NCBI GenBank assembly: GCA_011109175.1
Contig: RDEW01000008.1
Location: 578,518 to 627,273, forward strand
Source of the DNA: Dicyema japonicum
Taxonomy: Eukaryota > Animalia > Dicyemida
Length of the DNA: 48,756 nt
Reading direction: 5' to 3'
Positions 24,730-36,230 of the stretch are shown piece by piece (the first letter of the stretch is position 1; each line of letters begins with the position of its first letter). The notes under the pieces were generated by a model, which saw only the letters and a list, made by a program, of their open reading frames with translations, was not told the origin of the DNA and ran no database searches. The position numbers and the translations under genes are program-made.

Positions 24730-25774
24730 CATTACTGGGTTTATATTTATAGGCATGAAATTATAATTTTGATGATTATTATATTGATTTGAATAATTTG
24801 GTAAATATTCCATTCTTGAATTATGAGGCATCATATCATAACCATCATTTCTAGGATACGATTGAGTGAATTGTGACTTTGTAATGATTTCATTATATAC
24901 AAATAATTGTTGTGAAGGATGTAACATACTATTTACATATCCAGATTCCATAAAATTTGTTTCTTGGAATAGTCGTGTGTCTCCATAACGCATTGGTCTA
25001 TTTACCATATTATTTTGATCCGACGGAAAAACCAACGGATATGGGCTGACTTACTACTTGTCTTAAGCCTACTTGACGTGGATTTGAATGTATATATTGG
25101 TGGTCCCTGGATTCTTGTATAGCAATTTGACTATATTTTTTACGAAACGAATACGGATATGGGCTGACTTACTACTTGTCTAAAGCCTACTTGACGTGGA
25201 TTTGAATGTATATATTGGTGGTCCCTGGATTCTTGTATAGCAATTTGACTATATTTTTTACGAAACGAATATGATTTCTTTATGCATGCGATTTTTCCTT
25301 AAAAATTTGAAAAATACATTCATTTTCCTTAAGTATTCGCCTGACTACTGCTGGATACTTAAATGCTTCGTGAATTTGTTCTCCCTTAAATTAGTAAAAT
25401 GATCACAAATTTTTTTGAAATTTCTTTGGATGTAACATCTGGATTACGTGAACGAAATTCAAGTAATTTTTCCACAGCAAATTCTGGTGGTTTATGATTA
25501 GAAGGTCTTAGGTAATCATGAGTACCCTTAGATCTAAAATTAATTCTAGCAACTAATTCAAATTTAATAAAACAGTTACCTCTAGAAAAATAGTTACCTC
25601 TACATGATTTTTTGAGAATTTCTTGACAATGATTGTTGTTGTTCATCATCACCCAACCAGAAAGATGGCTTAGAGCATCCTTCAAGTCTTTTATGCAGAT
25701 GATATTTATTTCATCGTCACGCCACTCTATTAATTCTGTCTACTAACATTTAAATTCCTACTTACTATATCCAT
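24730..25774 (-). pseudogene. gcm: GCM-domain gene, copy 2, central exons deleted
   Basis: MDI|TELIEWRDDEINI..KDALSHLSGWVMMNNNNHCQEILKKSCRG then jumps to INFRSKGTHDYLRP, so the CxxxC/CPxC exons are lost. Y/N/Q/M-rich C-terminal ORF at 24640-25035. Confidence 0.85.
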
Positions 25775-26326
25775 TTAGTCAAACTAACGATAATTAAAGT
25801 ATACAACTCTCGAAATGCGAAAAATTTACTATCTATTACTATAGTTGCGTCCGCCTATAATTAAATTTAATTTAAGACATTAAGGAAGTTTATAAAATGA
25901 TGGTACTATACTTACAAAATCAAAGAGGTTTCGTTATTCGTGTAAGCTACTAAAAAATTATTAATTTTAATAAAAATAAATACACATTATATTTTTTTTT
26001 ATTTTGAATAATCGCAATATGTATTACAAGTTTGGTAAATTTATTTATATTCACGAGGATACTTTTAACTTAACACAAATTTTCTTTATGTCTACTTTTT
26101 TTTGTGAGAAAGTAAAGGGGTAAACGGAGCAGTAGTTGACTCGCATTTCCATATAAATTGAAGGTAAATGAAAGCGGCCACTCTTAATTTTATATATTTA
26201 ATAAATTATTAACTAACTTTATTTTTTGCAAATTAAAGACTAAAATATTAGAAATTCTGCATTAATTTAACACTTATCATAGAATTCATTTCTCGAAAGT
26301 ATAACATTGAAGATCTAAATGGATAG

Positions 26327-26845
26327 AGTTACGAAAGGACGGATCTTTCGAAGAAAAAGGCACAGATAATGGATAACAAACAGTAGGAAGATAGAGAGTT
26401 TGGTGGCGTGTTTTTCTTCAGGATTTAGTTATCTTGTTCTCGTTTATTGAGATATTGAAAATTTGTGTTATACCATCGTCGAAGAAGGACCCAGTTACTT
26501 TAGTTCGAAAACGGATGATATCTGAACCGCGGTACGACGAGTTATTCATTTTCCTGATTAGTGAATGCAACATTGACGGATTGAAGAAAGTCATGTGTGG
26601 GACATTTATTCCTTTGACAATGGTTTGAACAAAGATCAGGTCTTTATAATATGGTTTATGACTAATATTCACACAGTACTTCATAAAATCATTGGGATTT
26701 GGACGTGGCTCTAGATGTTTAATTAAATGTGGAAAGCACTTCTAGAGCCTTTTTAATTATTTCCATAATACAATGGAAGAAGTATTATTTGTAGCTTTTC
26801 TGAGCACATCTTCCCAACGTTGTTTGTTGTGTTGTCTGATGTTCC
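26327..26845 (-). repeat. Inverted paralogue of 6655-7180 (LINE-derived)
   Basis: ORF-track peptides 6887-7069 and 26434-26628 are near-identical (FSFIEILKICVIPSSKKDPVT). Confidence 0.85.
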
Positions 26846-27410
26846 ATTTTTGTTCTCAGTATGCGACAAGAAAAAACAAGAAAATGAATACTCACTCAGT
26901 CTAATCTGTCGTTTTAAATTATTGAGGTTGGGATCATTTCGCAAAATTGTACAAGCATGTTTAAGTGGACAATTTCCACAACTATAACTTGCTTGCCAGT
27001 AAACTTGGAATCATTCACAACGCAAAGGCTTGATGAATGACGCTGTCATCAGTGAACATTTCACAGAGGAATCAGATTCTTTATATTGGACTCACACCCA
27101 ACAAAATTGAAAAAAGATATCTGGAGCTAAATTCTCCTTCTACAAGTAGTTTAATAACTTTCTTTTCTTAATTAAAGTTTGTGTTATACCTAGAAAAAGC
27201 TATAGCTAATATGGCTCTCTGTAAAGTTCAGTATTAATGGTGATAATAGTTCCTGTTGTCGTGACTTAAGATAGAATTCTCTCAAAATTCATTAAAAACC
27301 ATCTGAACGTCCTTGAAGCAGAGTAGTAAGTGAAGGCGTATATACAGACATTCGTGCAGCTGAAAACTTTAGAGAGCATGCAAATTGAGGCAAAAAACGA
27401 AATATATGAT
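26840..27410 (-). repeat. Inverted paralogue of 1905-2470 (includes SINE copy ~27010-27250)
   Basis: Colinear reverse-complement match, e.g. AGAGAGCATGCAAATTGAGGC and CAGTATGCGACAAGAAAAAACAAG. Confidence 0.85.
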
Positions 27411-28477
27411 ACTTATTGAATAAAAAGCGAGGCTAAATGTCAAAACAGAAAGGGGTGGCATGTGACTATTTGATTAAAGATTTCACAGTGCCAGGGTAAC
27501 ACAAAAGGATACTTTGCTCTCTTTCACTCCATTGGATGGATTCCCACAACTGCAAAAAATAGATGTCTTCTAGTTTTAAAACTCTGTTTCCGTGACAGTC
27601 GGAACTGTATACACTTAATTTGTGTTAATTGGATACACTTAATTAGTGTTAATTGTCAACATTTCTCGTGTTAATATTAATTCACTAACTACATGTCAGT
27701 TACTTTGTGTGGACTATGACATAACTAAACACGAATAGTTAGAAATTTGAGATAAAATAAGTATTTAAAAAATTACGTAAAGAAAACATATTATTATATT
27801 AATAAAATGAAAAAAGTAAGAAAAAAATTAAAAAAATTTCAAAGATCAAGGTTTACCAAACTAACTAATTGATTCCTGCTCGTTCCAGCGTTCCAGAACT
27901 TATCTCCAGGCAACGACAATCTCCCCGGTGAAAGAATTGTGTATCTTTTTGATGACGGCCAGGCATTGGACGTCTTCTCAGTAAGGTGGATCCAATGACG
28001 CCATCGGAGGGAAACTTTTCAAACAATTAATTTAACTATGAGGAGTAACTGTTAGTTTTCAAAAGAATCTTATAAACGAGTATTAACTACGTCACTAAAT
28101 AAAGTTAAATTAAATTTCAATGACCATTGTTATACCGAAAAACTAAACTAAGTGATCCCGACGAATTCGTTCAAGGTTCTCATCTTTAGTCGGTGTTGAT
28201 CCCTCGTCATTATTATTATTATTATTAAATAATATTATTATTTATTTAATAACCCCGAAAAGGGAACACCAAGAAAGAAAAAGTAATCCAACTAATTAAG
28301 TGATCCCGGTACGCCTCAACAGGATCGAGAGGTTTTTCCTGTGTTCCTCCAGAGTACCCACGGCTTTCCTGAATAACCTCGTCATAATTGTATTATTAAA
28401 TTACCTATCGTTACTGTGAAACCTATTAAAATATTTAAATATAAATTAAAAATATTTATTTAATATTATCTAATTTG

Positions 28478-28692
28478 ATGACAAATAGTGTTAGTTATGG
28501 TAGCTTTTTAGAATCATCCGTTATGGATGTACCGTTATGTGAATATATGGTTCAACCAGAAGACACACTAAACAAAGTCGCTGCCAAACATAAAACTACT
28601 GTAATTATAATGTTTTAAACAAAACTTGAAATAATACGACGAGTAAATTGGTTGTCAAATTTCAATGATCTTCTCTGTGGAGTCAGAATATA
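28478..28692 (+). pseudogene. LysM-domain gene 5' fragment (OXR1/NCOA7- or LysMD-like), cut by an RTE insertion
   Basis: MTNKSSVMDVPLCEYMVQPEDTLNKVAAKHKTT|LEIIRRVNWLSNFNDLLCG fits LysM (Y.V..GDTL..IA.K..T....+.+N.L). Two mini-introns; the second lacks an AG acceptor. Confidence 0.7.
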
Positions 28693-29413
28693 TTATTATT
28701 ATAAGCAACTACATAGAATCATATAAACTATAATTCTATTCGTGCCGCGTCTGAACAATCCTCTTAATTAGCCTTTCCCATCCCCTCCTGTCCGATGCCA
28801 AGTGCCGCAGACTACTAAGGTCTTCACCGTCCTTTAGTAGTCTGGTTACTGATCTCAGGTCACCATTAAGGACTTCCGGAAGAGTTATTCTTGGACGACC
28901 TCTGAACTTCTCCCCTGACGTATCGAAGTATTCTTCCATGACGACGTTTGCTGGCGTGTCTTGTTCCAATCTGAGAATATGGCCAAACAATCTCCAGCGA
29001 GCCTTCATGATCATGGTGCTCAGAGGTCCGGAACCGCATCTTCTATATAAATTTTCACTCCCTACACGCATTGGCCACTTTAGTCCCAAGAGAGACCGAA
29101 GTTGCCTTCTGTGAAAGGAGTCAAGGTTTTGTTCGTCCGTTTTCGCAATTCCCCACGTCCCAGAGTTGTATGTTAGTATGGGCCTCACAAACGCCTCATA
29201 CAACCTGAGTCGGAGTGACGGTCCGACCGAGCATTTTCTTATCCAACATTTCATAAGTTTTTGCATAGTAACCGTAGATAACAATTTTCTTCTTGCAATG
29301 TCTTCGGAGTCTCCGAGAAGAGAGCCAAGCTTTACGGTCTTCCTCCAACCTTCACTATTGCGTAGTTCCATCCGCTTAATTTCAACAATATCCGTTTTCT
29401 GAACATTCAGTGA
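28690..29413 (-). mobile_element. RTE-clade LINE 3' end (RT C-terminus), runs into gap
   Basis: 211-aa ORF with KLGSLLGDSEDIARRK, RLYEAFVRPILTYNSGTW, LDSFHRRQLR, RWRLFGHILR, RGRP; (TAA)n tail at ~28690-28702. Confidence 0.92.
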
Positions 29414-29959
29414 NNNNNNNNNNNNNNNNNNNNNNNNNNNNNNNNNNNNNNNNNNNNNNNNNNNNNNNNNNNNNNNNNNNNNNNNNNNNNNNNNNNNNNN
29501 NNNNNNNNNNNNNNNNNNNNNNNNNNNNNNNNNNNNNNNNNNNNNNNNNNNNNNNNNNNNNNNNNNNNNNNNNNNNNNNNNNNNNNNNNNNNNNNNNNNN
29601 NNNNNNNNNNNNNNNNNNNNNNNNNNNNNNNNNNNNNNNNNNNNNNNNNNNNNNNNNNNNNNNNNNNNNNNNNNNNNNNNNNNNNNNNNNNNNNNNNNNN
29701 NNNNNNNNNNNNNNNNNNNNNNNNNNNNNNNNNNNNNNNNNNNNNNNNNNNNNNNNNNNNNNNNNNNNNNNNNNNNNNNNNNNNNNNNNNNNNNNNNNNN
29801 NNNNNNNNNNNNNNNNNNNNNNNNNNNNNNNNNNNNNNNNNNNNNNNNNNNNNNNNNNNNNNNNNNNNNNNNNNNNNNNNNNNNNNNNNNNNNNNNNNNN
29901 NNNNNNNNNNNNNNNNNNNNNNNNNNNNNNNNNNNNNNNNNNNNNNNNNNNNNNNNNNN

Positions 29960-30604
29960 GATCCTTCGACCTCTTCTATTTTCGACCCTTTTCTTGCTTA
30001 ATCGCTTTATTGACTCAAAATATAATTTTTTGTTTTTTGGGGGAACAAGGAACAGATCTTTCGAAGCAAAACTTAGTGGTTGTTAATGTTTTCAAGTGAT
30101 AAATTTGTCTTATCAACCCGGACAGTATCAACAGCCCGGACGCTATCACATACGACAAGAATTTATATGTACCAACCTGATACTGCACGTATATAGACAT
30201 CTCATATATTCATAGAGTACCTAGGGTGAAACCTTGAATAAACGAATAGCAATCTTGTCCTTTCAAGAGAATTGTCTTTAGTGTATTTTACCTCATTTTC
30301 AAAATCTCCACCATTTATAGGGCTCCTACGTGGAGGTAAAGAACTAATTACTATTTCCAGCTTTTCTTTTAGAGAATTAAGGGCCAAACGAGACAGTCGC
30401 TCATAAGGGTAAACCTGCTGTATTTTCAAAAGTTCATCCACAAACAGGTAAGGAATTTCTTCTAAAGATACAGAAGACCCTTAATTACATTGCAACAATA
30501 GAATTTCTTTTCTGGAATTACGTCCGGTTATTTTATGATAAAAATTCAAAAAGTTTGGGTTTTTATATATACAATTAGCTCCATTGAGCTATTTAAAAAC
30601 GCCA
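29960..30604 (-). pseudogene. Unidentified degenerate coding sequence
   Basis: Protein-like frames (SLEEIPYLFVDELLKIQQVYPYERLSRLALNSL; VVCDSVRAVDTVRVDKTNLSLENINNH) with stops; family not recognised. Confidence 0.3.
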
Positions 30605-30654
30605 TTCTTAAAGAAACCATGCCACATAGAGAAAAGTGAGTCGGGGAGAAAGTA

Positions 30655-30870
30655 TTTGATTGTAATTTTTTAGCAGTGTAGAGAGGGTAAAGTAAGCACT
30701 CCCTAACTCTCTAGTATGCAAATAAAATTGGGAAAATAAATTTGGTGAGGAAACTTGTAGGTTCTACATTATTTAAAACAAAATCACCAGGGAATGTAAA
30801 AATGGCTATCGGAAAATTCGACCTCTGTCATCAAATACCATATCTTCGTTCGATGTTCCTTACTTTCTAT
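30655..30870 (+). repeat. Third copy of the 5' segment of the Ig-gene family
   Basis: Aligns with 18953-19175 (TTAGCAG..AGAGAGGG, GAGGAAACTTGTA, TACCATAT..TTCGATGTTCCTTA). Confidence 0.75.
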
Positions 30871-31039
30871 CTAAAGGATTATCCGAGTTTACAGTCTGCT
30901 CAATGTACTAGGTAAAAAAGCAACCAATTTCGAGAGAGAGTTCATTAATTAGCAATGAACTGAATAACTTGTTTCAAGTGAACAAGGATAAATTCATCTG
31001 GCCATAACTAACGGATTCATCCTGTTAACTTTAAAGAGA

Positions 31040-32545
31040 ATAAAGATAAAAATTTTAGACATATTATGCATACATCAATATTAATCAGTAGAATCGATAT
31101 TAGAAAATTCATGGTTTTTATAAGCATAAAAACCGATTACACAATTCCGCATTTGAGCAACTTATTGTTCTTTATACTGTTTGATTCTGGTTTTGAGCAT
31201 ATTTCCACAATTCTAATCTTCCATGTATCATATATGTTTGTGATCTGCCATATTATAGAGAACCTTAGCTGATCTATAAANAGCGACTTATTGTTCTTTA
31301 TACTGTTTGATTCTGGTTTTGAGCATATTTCCACAATTCTAATCTTCCATGTATCATATATGTTTGTGATCTGCCAGATTATAGAGAACCTTTACTGATC
31401 TAGAAATGCTGTAGAGCTACTGACTTTTAGGTATCTTCAAATGTGTATGAATATTGGTCCAGGAAGATTTTAATGAAAATGATATTCTTTACCTTAATCA
31501 TAGAATCGAATATCAGCGATTGTATCTATGATGAAAAATGAATAAGGAGCTATCTGTTTTTTTCCACATGTAGGAAATGGATTTATTTTAGGTCGAGTAG
31601 TTTCACAACTATACATGCAAGTTTTGTGTACGTTGAGTTTGCTATTGACACTGACATTATATGTGAATGGACGTCCTCAGGTGTTAGAGCTATCTTCTTG
31701 ACACTTCCAAAGCTCTTTGACATTCAGTTGAAGTCTCGAACAGGAGAGTGCTTCTCGTAGAATCAAAAATAACTGGTCTGGTGATGGAAAACAAGATGCC
31801 GAAGAGTCTCTAAGTAGTAAATGCCCAGACGTAGCTTAACTAAGTTAATCTTAATTCTCTGTCAAAGTTAGTCCCTAAGTTTTCCGCCAATGGTTAAGAG
31901 CCATCAGGTATATCGTTCGAAAACGCGTCTTCGGATATCTTTGGAAAAAGTTGTCGACTCGATTGTTTTTGATTTGGTTTTATCGTAAAATGGCTGGAGA
32001 ATTTTATCCAATTCATGGTTATTTGTGAGTCAGGAAGTTGAAAAGGTGGTCTATTTCCGGTTAGTTTAAGAATGTGAGGTTCCTCATTGAGTTGTTATTT
32101 TCCAGTTGTATAAGTTAAGTCTATGGGGTAGGCTTCCGTTATATAAGCAGTTGAATAAGTATAAATTTTGCTAACTTGCAATGTCTTCGATACACACAGA
32201 ACTGAACAACCAAAACATAAGTGACTTAGGTTCTTCGTCATCACAAGGATACCTAAAAATATCCATTTCAGCGATTTTTAATCCTGTTTTTCCTTATAGT
32301 AATCAAAATATTGACATTTTAGAATTGCTAAACTTTGTATTAAAAGGCTTAAAAAATCATAAATTTCCTATTAGAATTTCTATCCTGCTGGAATCAATGT
32401 TAACTTCCGCCAGCCCAAGTGACTGTTCAGGTTAGAGGCTGCATCCATATATACTTTTCTCCTTCCAAATCTGATACTGGCTTCTTTGATGTCTTACTAA
32501 AAAATCTCCATATTTACTCACTATTAGACAACTTCCAAATCTTGC
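31040..32545 (-). pseudogene. Unidentified degenerate coding sequence, possibly an extracellular protein
   Basis: Long stop-poor frames (IYTYSTAYITEAYPIDLTYTTG..., GRPFTYNVSVNSKLNVHKTCMYSCET); family not recognised. Confidence 0.3.
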
Positions 32546-32574
32546 TGTGTGAACGAGGAGTGGAATTTTACCCC

Positions 32575-33000
32575 TATTTGGTTAAACAATAAAAACTCAT
32601 GTGACAATCAAAGGTGGTCCACCATTGCTTGGGTGTTCCTTTGGCGTAATGGAATAGGGATCATCAAAATAGAAGTACATAATTTCCACGTTTGCTGGGA
32701 TTTCCAGATCTACTACCGATATATCTATAATAAGCCTCGTCAAAAATCTGATATAATTGATCACCATCTAATCCTCTTCTACACAGTTCTGCTTAATATT
32801 CTTTAGTTCTCTAAAATAAATGTTTTTCACAGTTGGTTCATTTTTTTAGTATGTTTCTATGTATACCCAAGGAATTGTGTTGTATAACTAATGTGTTAAA
32901 TCGACGTTGTGTTTGTTTTCTTGTCTATTCCTTTGTATTCAGACGAAATATCCTTGAGTTGGTGCTGCACTACATTTGCAACTTCATTTACTACCAATAT
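32575..33000 (+). repeat. Repeat with inverted paralogue at 38205-38635
   Basis: ORF-track peptides MVHFFSMFLCIPKELCCITNVLNRRC (32833+) and MVHFFSMFLCIPKKLCCMTNVLNRRC (38160-) are near-identical. Confidence 0.85.
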
Positions 33001-33384
33001 CTGTTTCCTAAGAGGGATAATATTGCGAAGGAGTATAAGATAATTTCAATTATCATTAAAGTAAATATCGATTTGTTACATTTACTAGAATTCATGACAT
33101 GATTCAATTTTTTATTAATTTTTCTATAATTTGAGCGATTAGTTGATCTTGAGAATTTTACCCACATAAACAATTACAATAATATTAATAGCTTAAAGTA
33201 AACTGCTAAAGAAGAAAACGCTTGCTTCAATCAAAATTATATAAAGCTTAAACTATTCACACTAGTGATCGTAAAAAGTGTTAAAATAAGAAAGAGGCTA
33301 GAAAAATATAGGAAGGATTCCTACTTAAAGACAAAAATTAGAAGAAATTTTTAAACAAAAAAAATAACAAATTTATCCCTCATA

Positions 33385-35710
33385 TTACTTATCATATTTT
33401 ATGGTCCATTTAAACCTGTCCTCATTCATGCAATGTTAATACACAACTTTCTTTCTATCCTTAGAGATTCCCAGACAATATGTACTTGCTTTATTTCTAA
33501 TTGAGCCATCCTGGGAATTACCAATCAAACTAACATCATTAAACACAAATTCTTGATTTCCCAAAAAGGAATGGCATGCATTAACCCTAACATTAGAGAT
33601 TCCCAGACAATATGTACTTGCTTTATTTCTAATTGAGCCATCCTGGGAATTACCAATCAAACTAACATCATTAAACACAAATTCTTGATTTCCCAAAGAG
33701 GAATGGCATACATTAACCCTAACAGGATTATACCCTGCATCTAAACATTTTTGATCCCTTCGAATCTCTTTTATTTTAGAATAGAACCAAAACTAAGGAT
33801 AACCAAACACCTTACCTGATTTCCTCCCTTCCCATGACACACGTACAAACCTAGGTAATTTGAACCACGAAGCGACTCCCAATCAATACAAGTGCCAGAG
33901 TCTCTATTCCTGATCTTACAATCACAAAAAAATACTACTTCTAAGATAGAGACGGCGGTAGAGGGATTGAACAAAGAGGGGTACACATTATTGAGATACC
34001 AATCAAAAGAATGACAATTCATCCTCCTGCGAATCTTCAAGCGATTAGAAATATCTCCAAAAATACTACTTCTAAGATAGAGACGGCGGTAGAGGGATTG
34101 AACAAAGAGGGGTACACATTATTGAGGTACCAATCAAAAGAATGACAATTCATCCTCCTGCGAATCTTCAAGCGACTAGAAATATCTCCATAGTCGCTGT
34201 GCTACAATCACTAAAACATATTAACCTTGTTAGATCCGATAGAATTAAGATAATATTTTTTATAGTCGTCCAACCACACATTGGCCAACCTCAGGTTGTT
34301 GATCAAGAAGACGTCTTTATTGGTTCGCCGAACATAAGGACTTCGTGAACGAAAAATATGCCCAACTATTGAACAAGGGTGGATATAAACGCTCCCATGG
34401 CACATCCATGTCTAAAATAAGTGGATTTTCACCCGAAATGAGATTTCAAGGTTTTCAGCACCCCAAATGTCCATTCCAGGGTCGTAGCTACCAAGATCGT
34501 AAAAATACTTCCTTGATACTGCAAACAATCCACCAGAAATAGTTGGGGACCTCAAAATAAGTAATTTTACCACCGAATTGGGTCAGCCTCAGAGGTTCGC
34601 CCACGAAGGTCGGTTTCTGTTGGTAGATGCCAAGTGAAGACCAAATTCCAATTGAATCCACCAATCTGGATTCCATGAGAATTGGGGATAAACGAAAGTG
34701 TCTTGTCGTCAATGGAATTCACATTGGGGGCCACTACGGTGGCCTCGTCATTATGTATTACGTAGAGTAAGGGTAAGATCCACCCTACGAATTAGGTGAA
34801 AAGGTACCCTCAGTAGCCTCACAATGAGAGTCCAGAAAAATCAACACTTTTCCAACAGCAGCATCTGCCCCAGCTAACCTCGCTTTGATGAGTCCGACTC
34901 TCTCATTAGTCCTCAAAATCTTCACAAGTCCATCAAAGGCAGAATCGACGTAACTTTGCAGTGAATCTTTGAGAAAATCTGAATTTTGAAATAAGGACAA
35001 CCAAAGGTGCTGCCATCGTCCACAAGAATGATTTCTTTAAGAAGCAAAACAGGAGTTCTGTCAACAACTGAGTAAACCGTCCGCAATAGAGTAGACAAAG
35101 CCTCATTGTGGAAGCAGATTATAACGCTCGCATCTGGAAGGTCTGATTCGTGGAAATCCTTAGTTTTGCACCTATTGATTGAATATCATAATATTACTCA
35201 GGAAATCGATTGTCTGGAAGAACTCTACGAAGGGATATCCGATCGCTGGCATATTGGTTAAAGGCGTTCCTTTGGAAGCCAGCATCGTACTCAATCTGGT
35301 CATTAGAACTCAGGGAGTCTCTCTTATTCGGAAAGGCAGCACCATTCTCCCCTTAGTTGACCCAACTGTCTACCTGGATTTGAACTGCGGACAACAATGT
35401 TTATCAGATTTATCGGATATTTAACTCCACCAAGTGGAGGGGAAACTTCATTGACCTTGTGCCTCCGATTTTCTTGTTTATTGGCGGGTTTTGATCTGCG
35501 TGCAACATTGTTTGTTTGATTAATAATATATACAAGTCCATTAATTGGAGGAGAAACTTCTTTGACCTTGTTGTGGACTCGTTCTCTATGCTCTTTGAAG
35601 GTGTCCTTTGTCTGCTGAGTGGCTTTTATGTATATGAAGATAGTAAAAATTGCAAATAGCAATAAAAAATGCCTCTTAAGTTTAAAATTGATCTTCCTCA
35701 AAATAAGCAT
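33385..35710 (-). CDS. GALNT: Polypeptide N-acetylgalactosaminyltransferase (GT27, with ricin-B lectin domain)
   Basis: N-terminal TM; [13 protein letters not shown]; [21 protein letters not shown]; EIILVDD; [10 protein letters not shown]; FLDSHCE (DxH); [11 protein letters not shown]; [11 protein letters not shown]; [10 protein letters not shown]; [10 protein letters not shown]. About ten GT-AG introns of 21-26 nt. Two ~132-bp tandem duplications and an in-frame TAA at 33436-33438 near the C-terminus. Confidence 0.96.
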
Positions 35711-35784
35711 AAAAACAATTAACAGCGCATAAATATTTCTATATATTATTTAACAAAAAACACAAATGTTAAACAATTATCTGA

Positions 35785-36230
35785 GAAATGATTGAAGAAG
35801 TACATGGAAAAGGCCGAAGAATGGTGTAATGAAAATTTCCTTTCAGTAGGACATGAGAAGTGTGGTCTGGTGAAGATAATGGAAAACAGGAGGATAGCTG
35901 ACCTAAATAGCTTATTACGAGATATACATCTGAAGAAAACTATGAAATACCTTGTCTTCCTAATTGTCGAGGGAGGTAATTTTATGGAACATGCTAAATA
36001 TAAAAGAAAAAGCTATGAACGCTCTGTCTGCGTTAGAAAATTAAATCTCGAGCAGGAGACCTTTGTTTATGTCTTCAACACTGCAATACTTCCTGGAATG
36101 TTATACGATTTAGAATGATGGTACGATTCGAAAAAGAGAGACTCTATAAACAAGGGATTTGAGAAAACTACTTTAATGAATTGTAGTATACCAATTTCCT
36201 TATGCAAGGAGGAAAAATGTTATGGTTAGC
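35785..36230 (+). mobile_element. LINE RT C-terminal fragment; inverted paralogue of 38640-38940
   Basis: LKKYMEKAEEWCNENFLSVGHEKC..MKYLVF; shares VRKLNLEQETFVYVFNT with ORF 38526-38780. Confidence 0.7.

Noticed and set aside
27607-27654. 24-bp tandem pair; also short inverted repeats near 36494-36540
   Set aside because: Too short and AT-rich to distinguish from chance, and no associated element ends were found.
33436-33438. Reassigned genetic code (TAA as sense)
   Set aside because: GALNT, NMT and CFAP100 all terminate at TAA in the expected positions, and no other internal TAA was seen in conserved exons.
33458-34190. Genuine exon duplications in GALNT
   Set aside because: The ~132-bp near-identical copies break mid-intron or mid-domain and match the window-wide artefact pattern.
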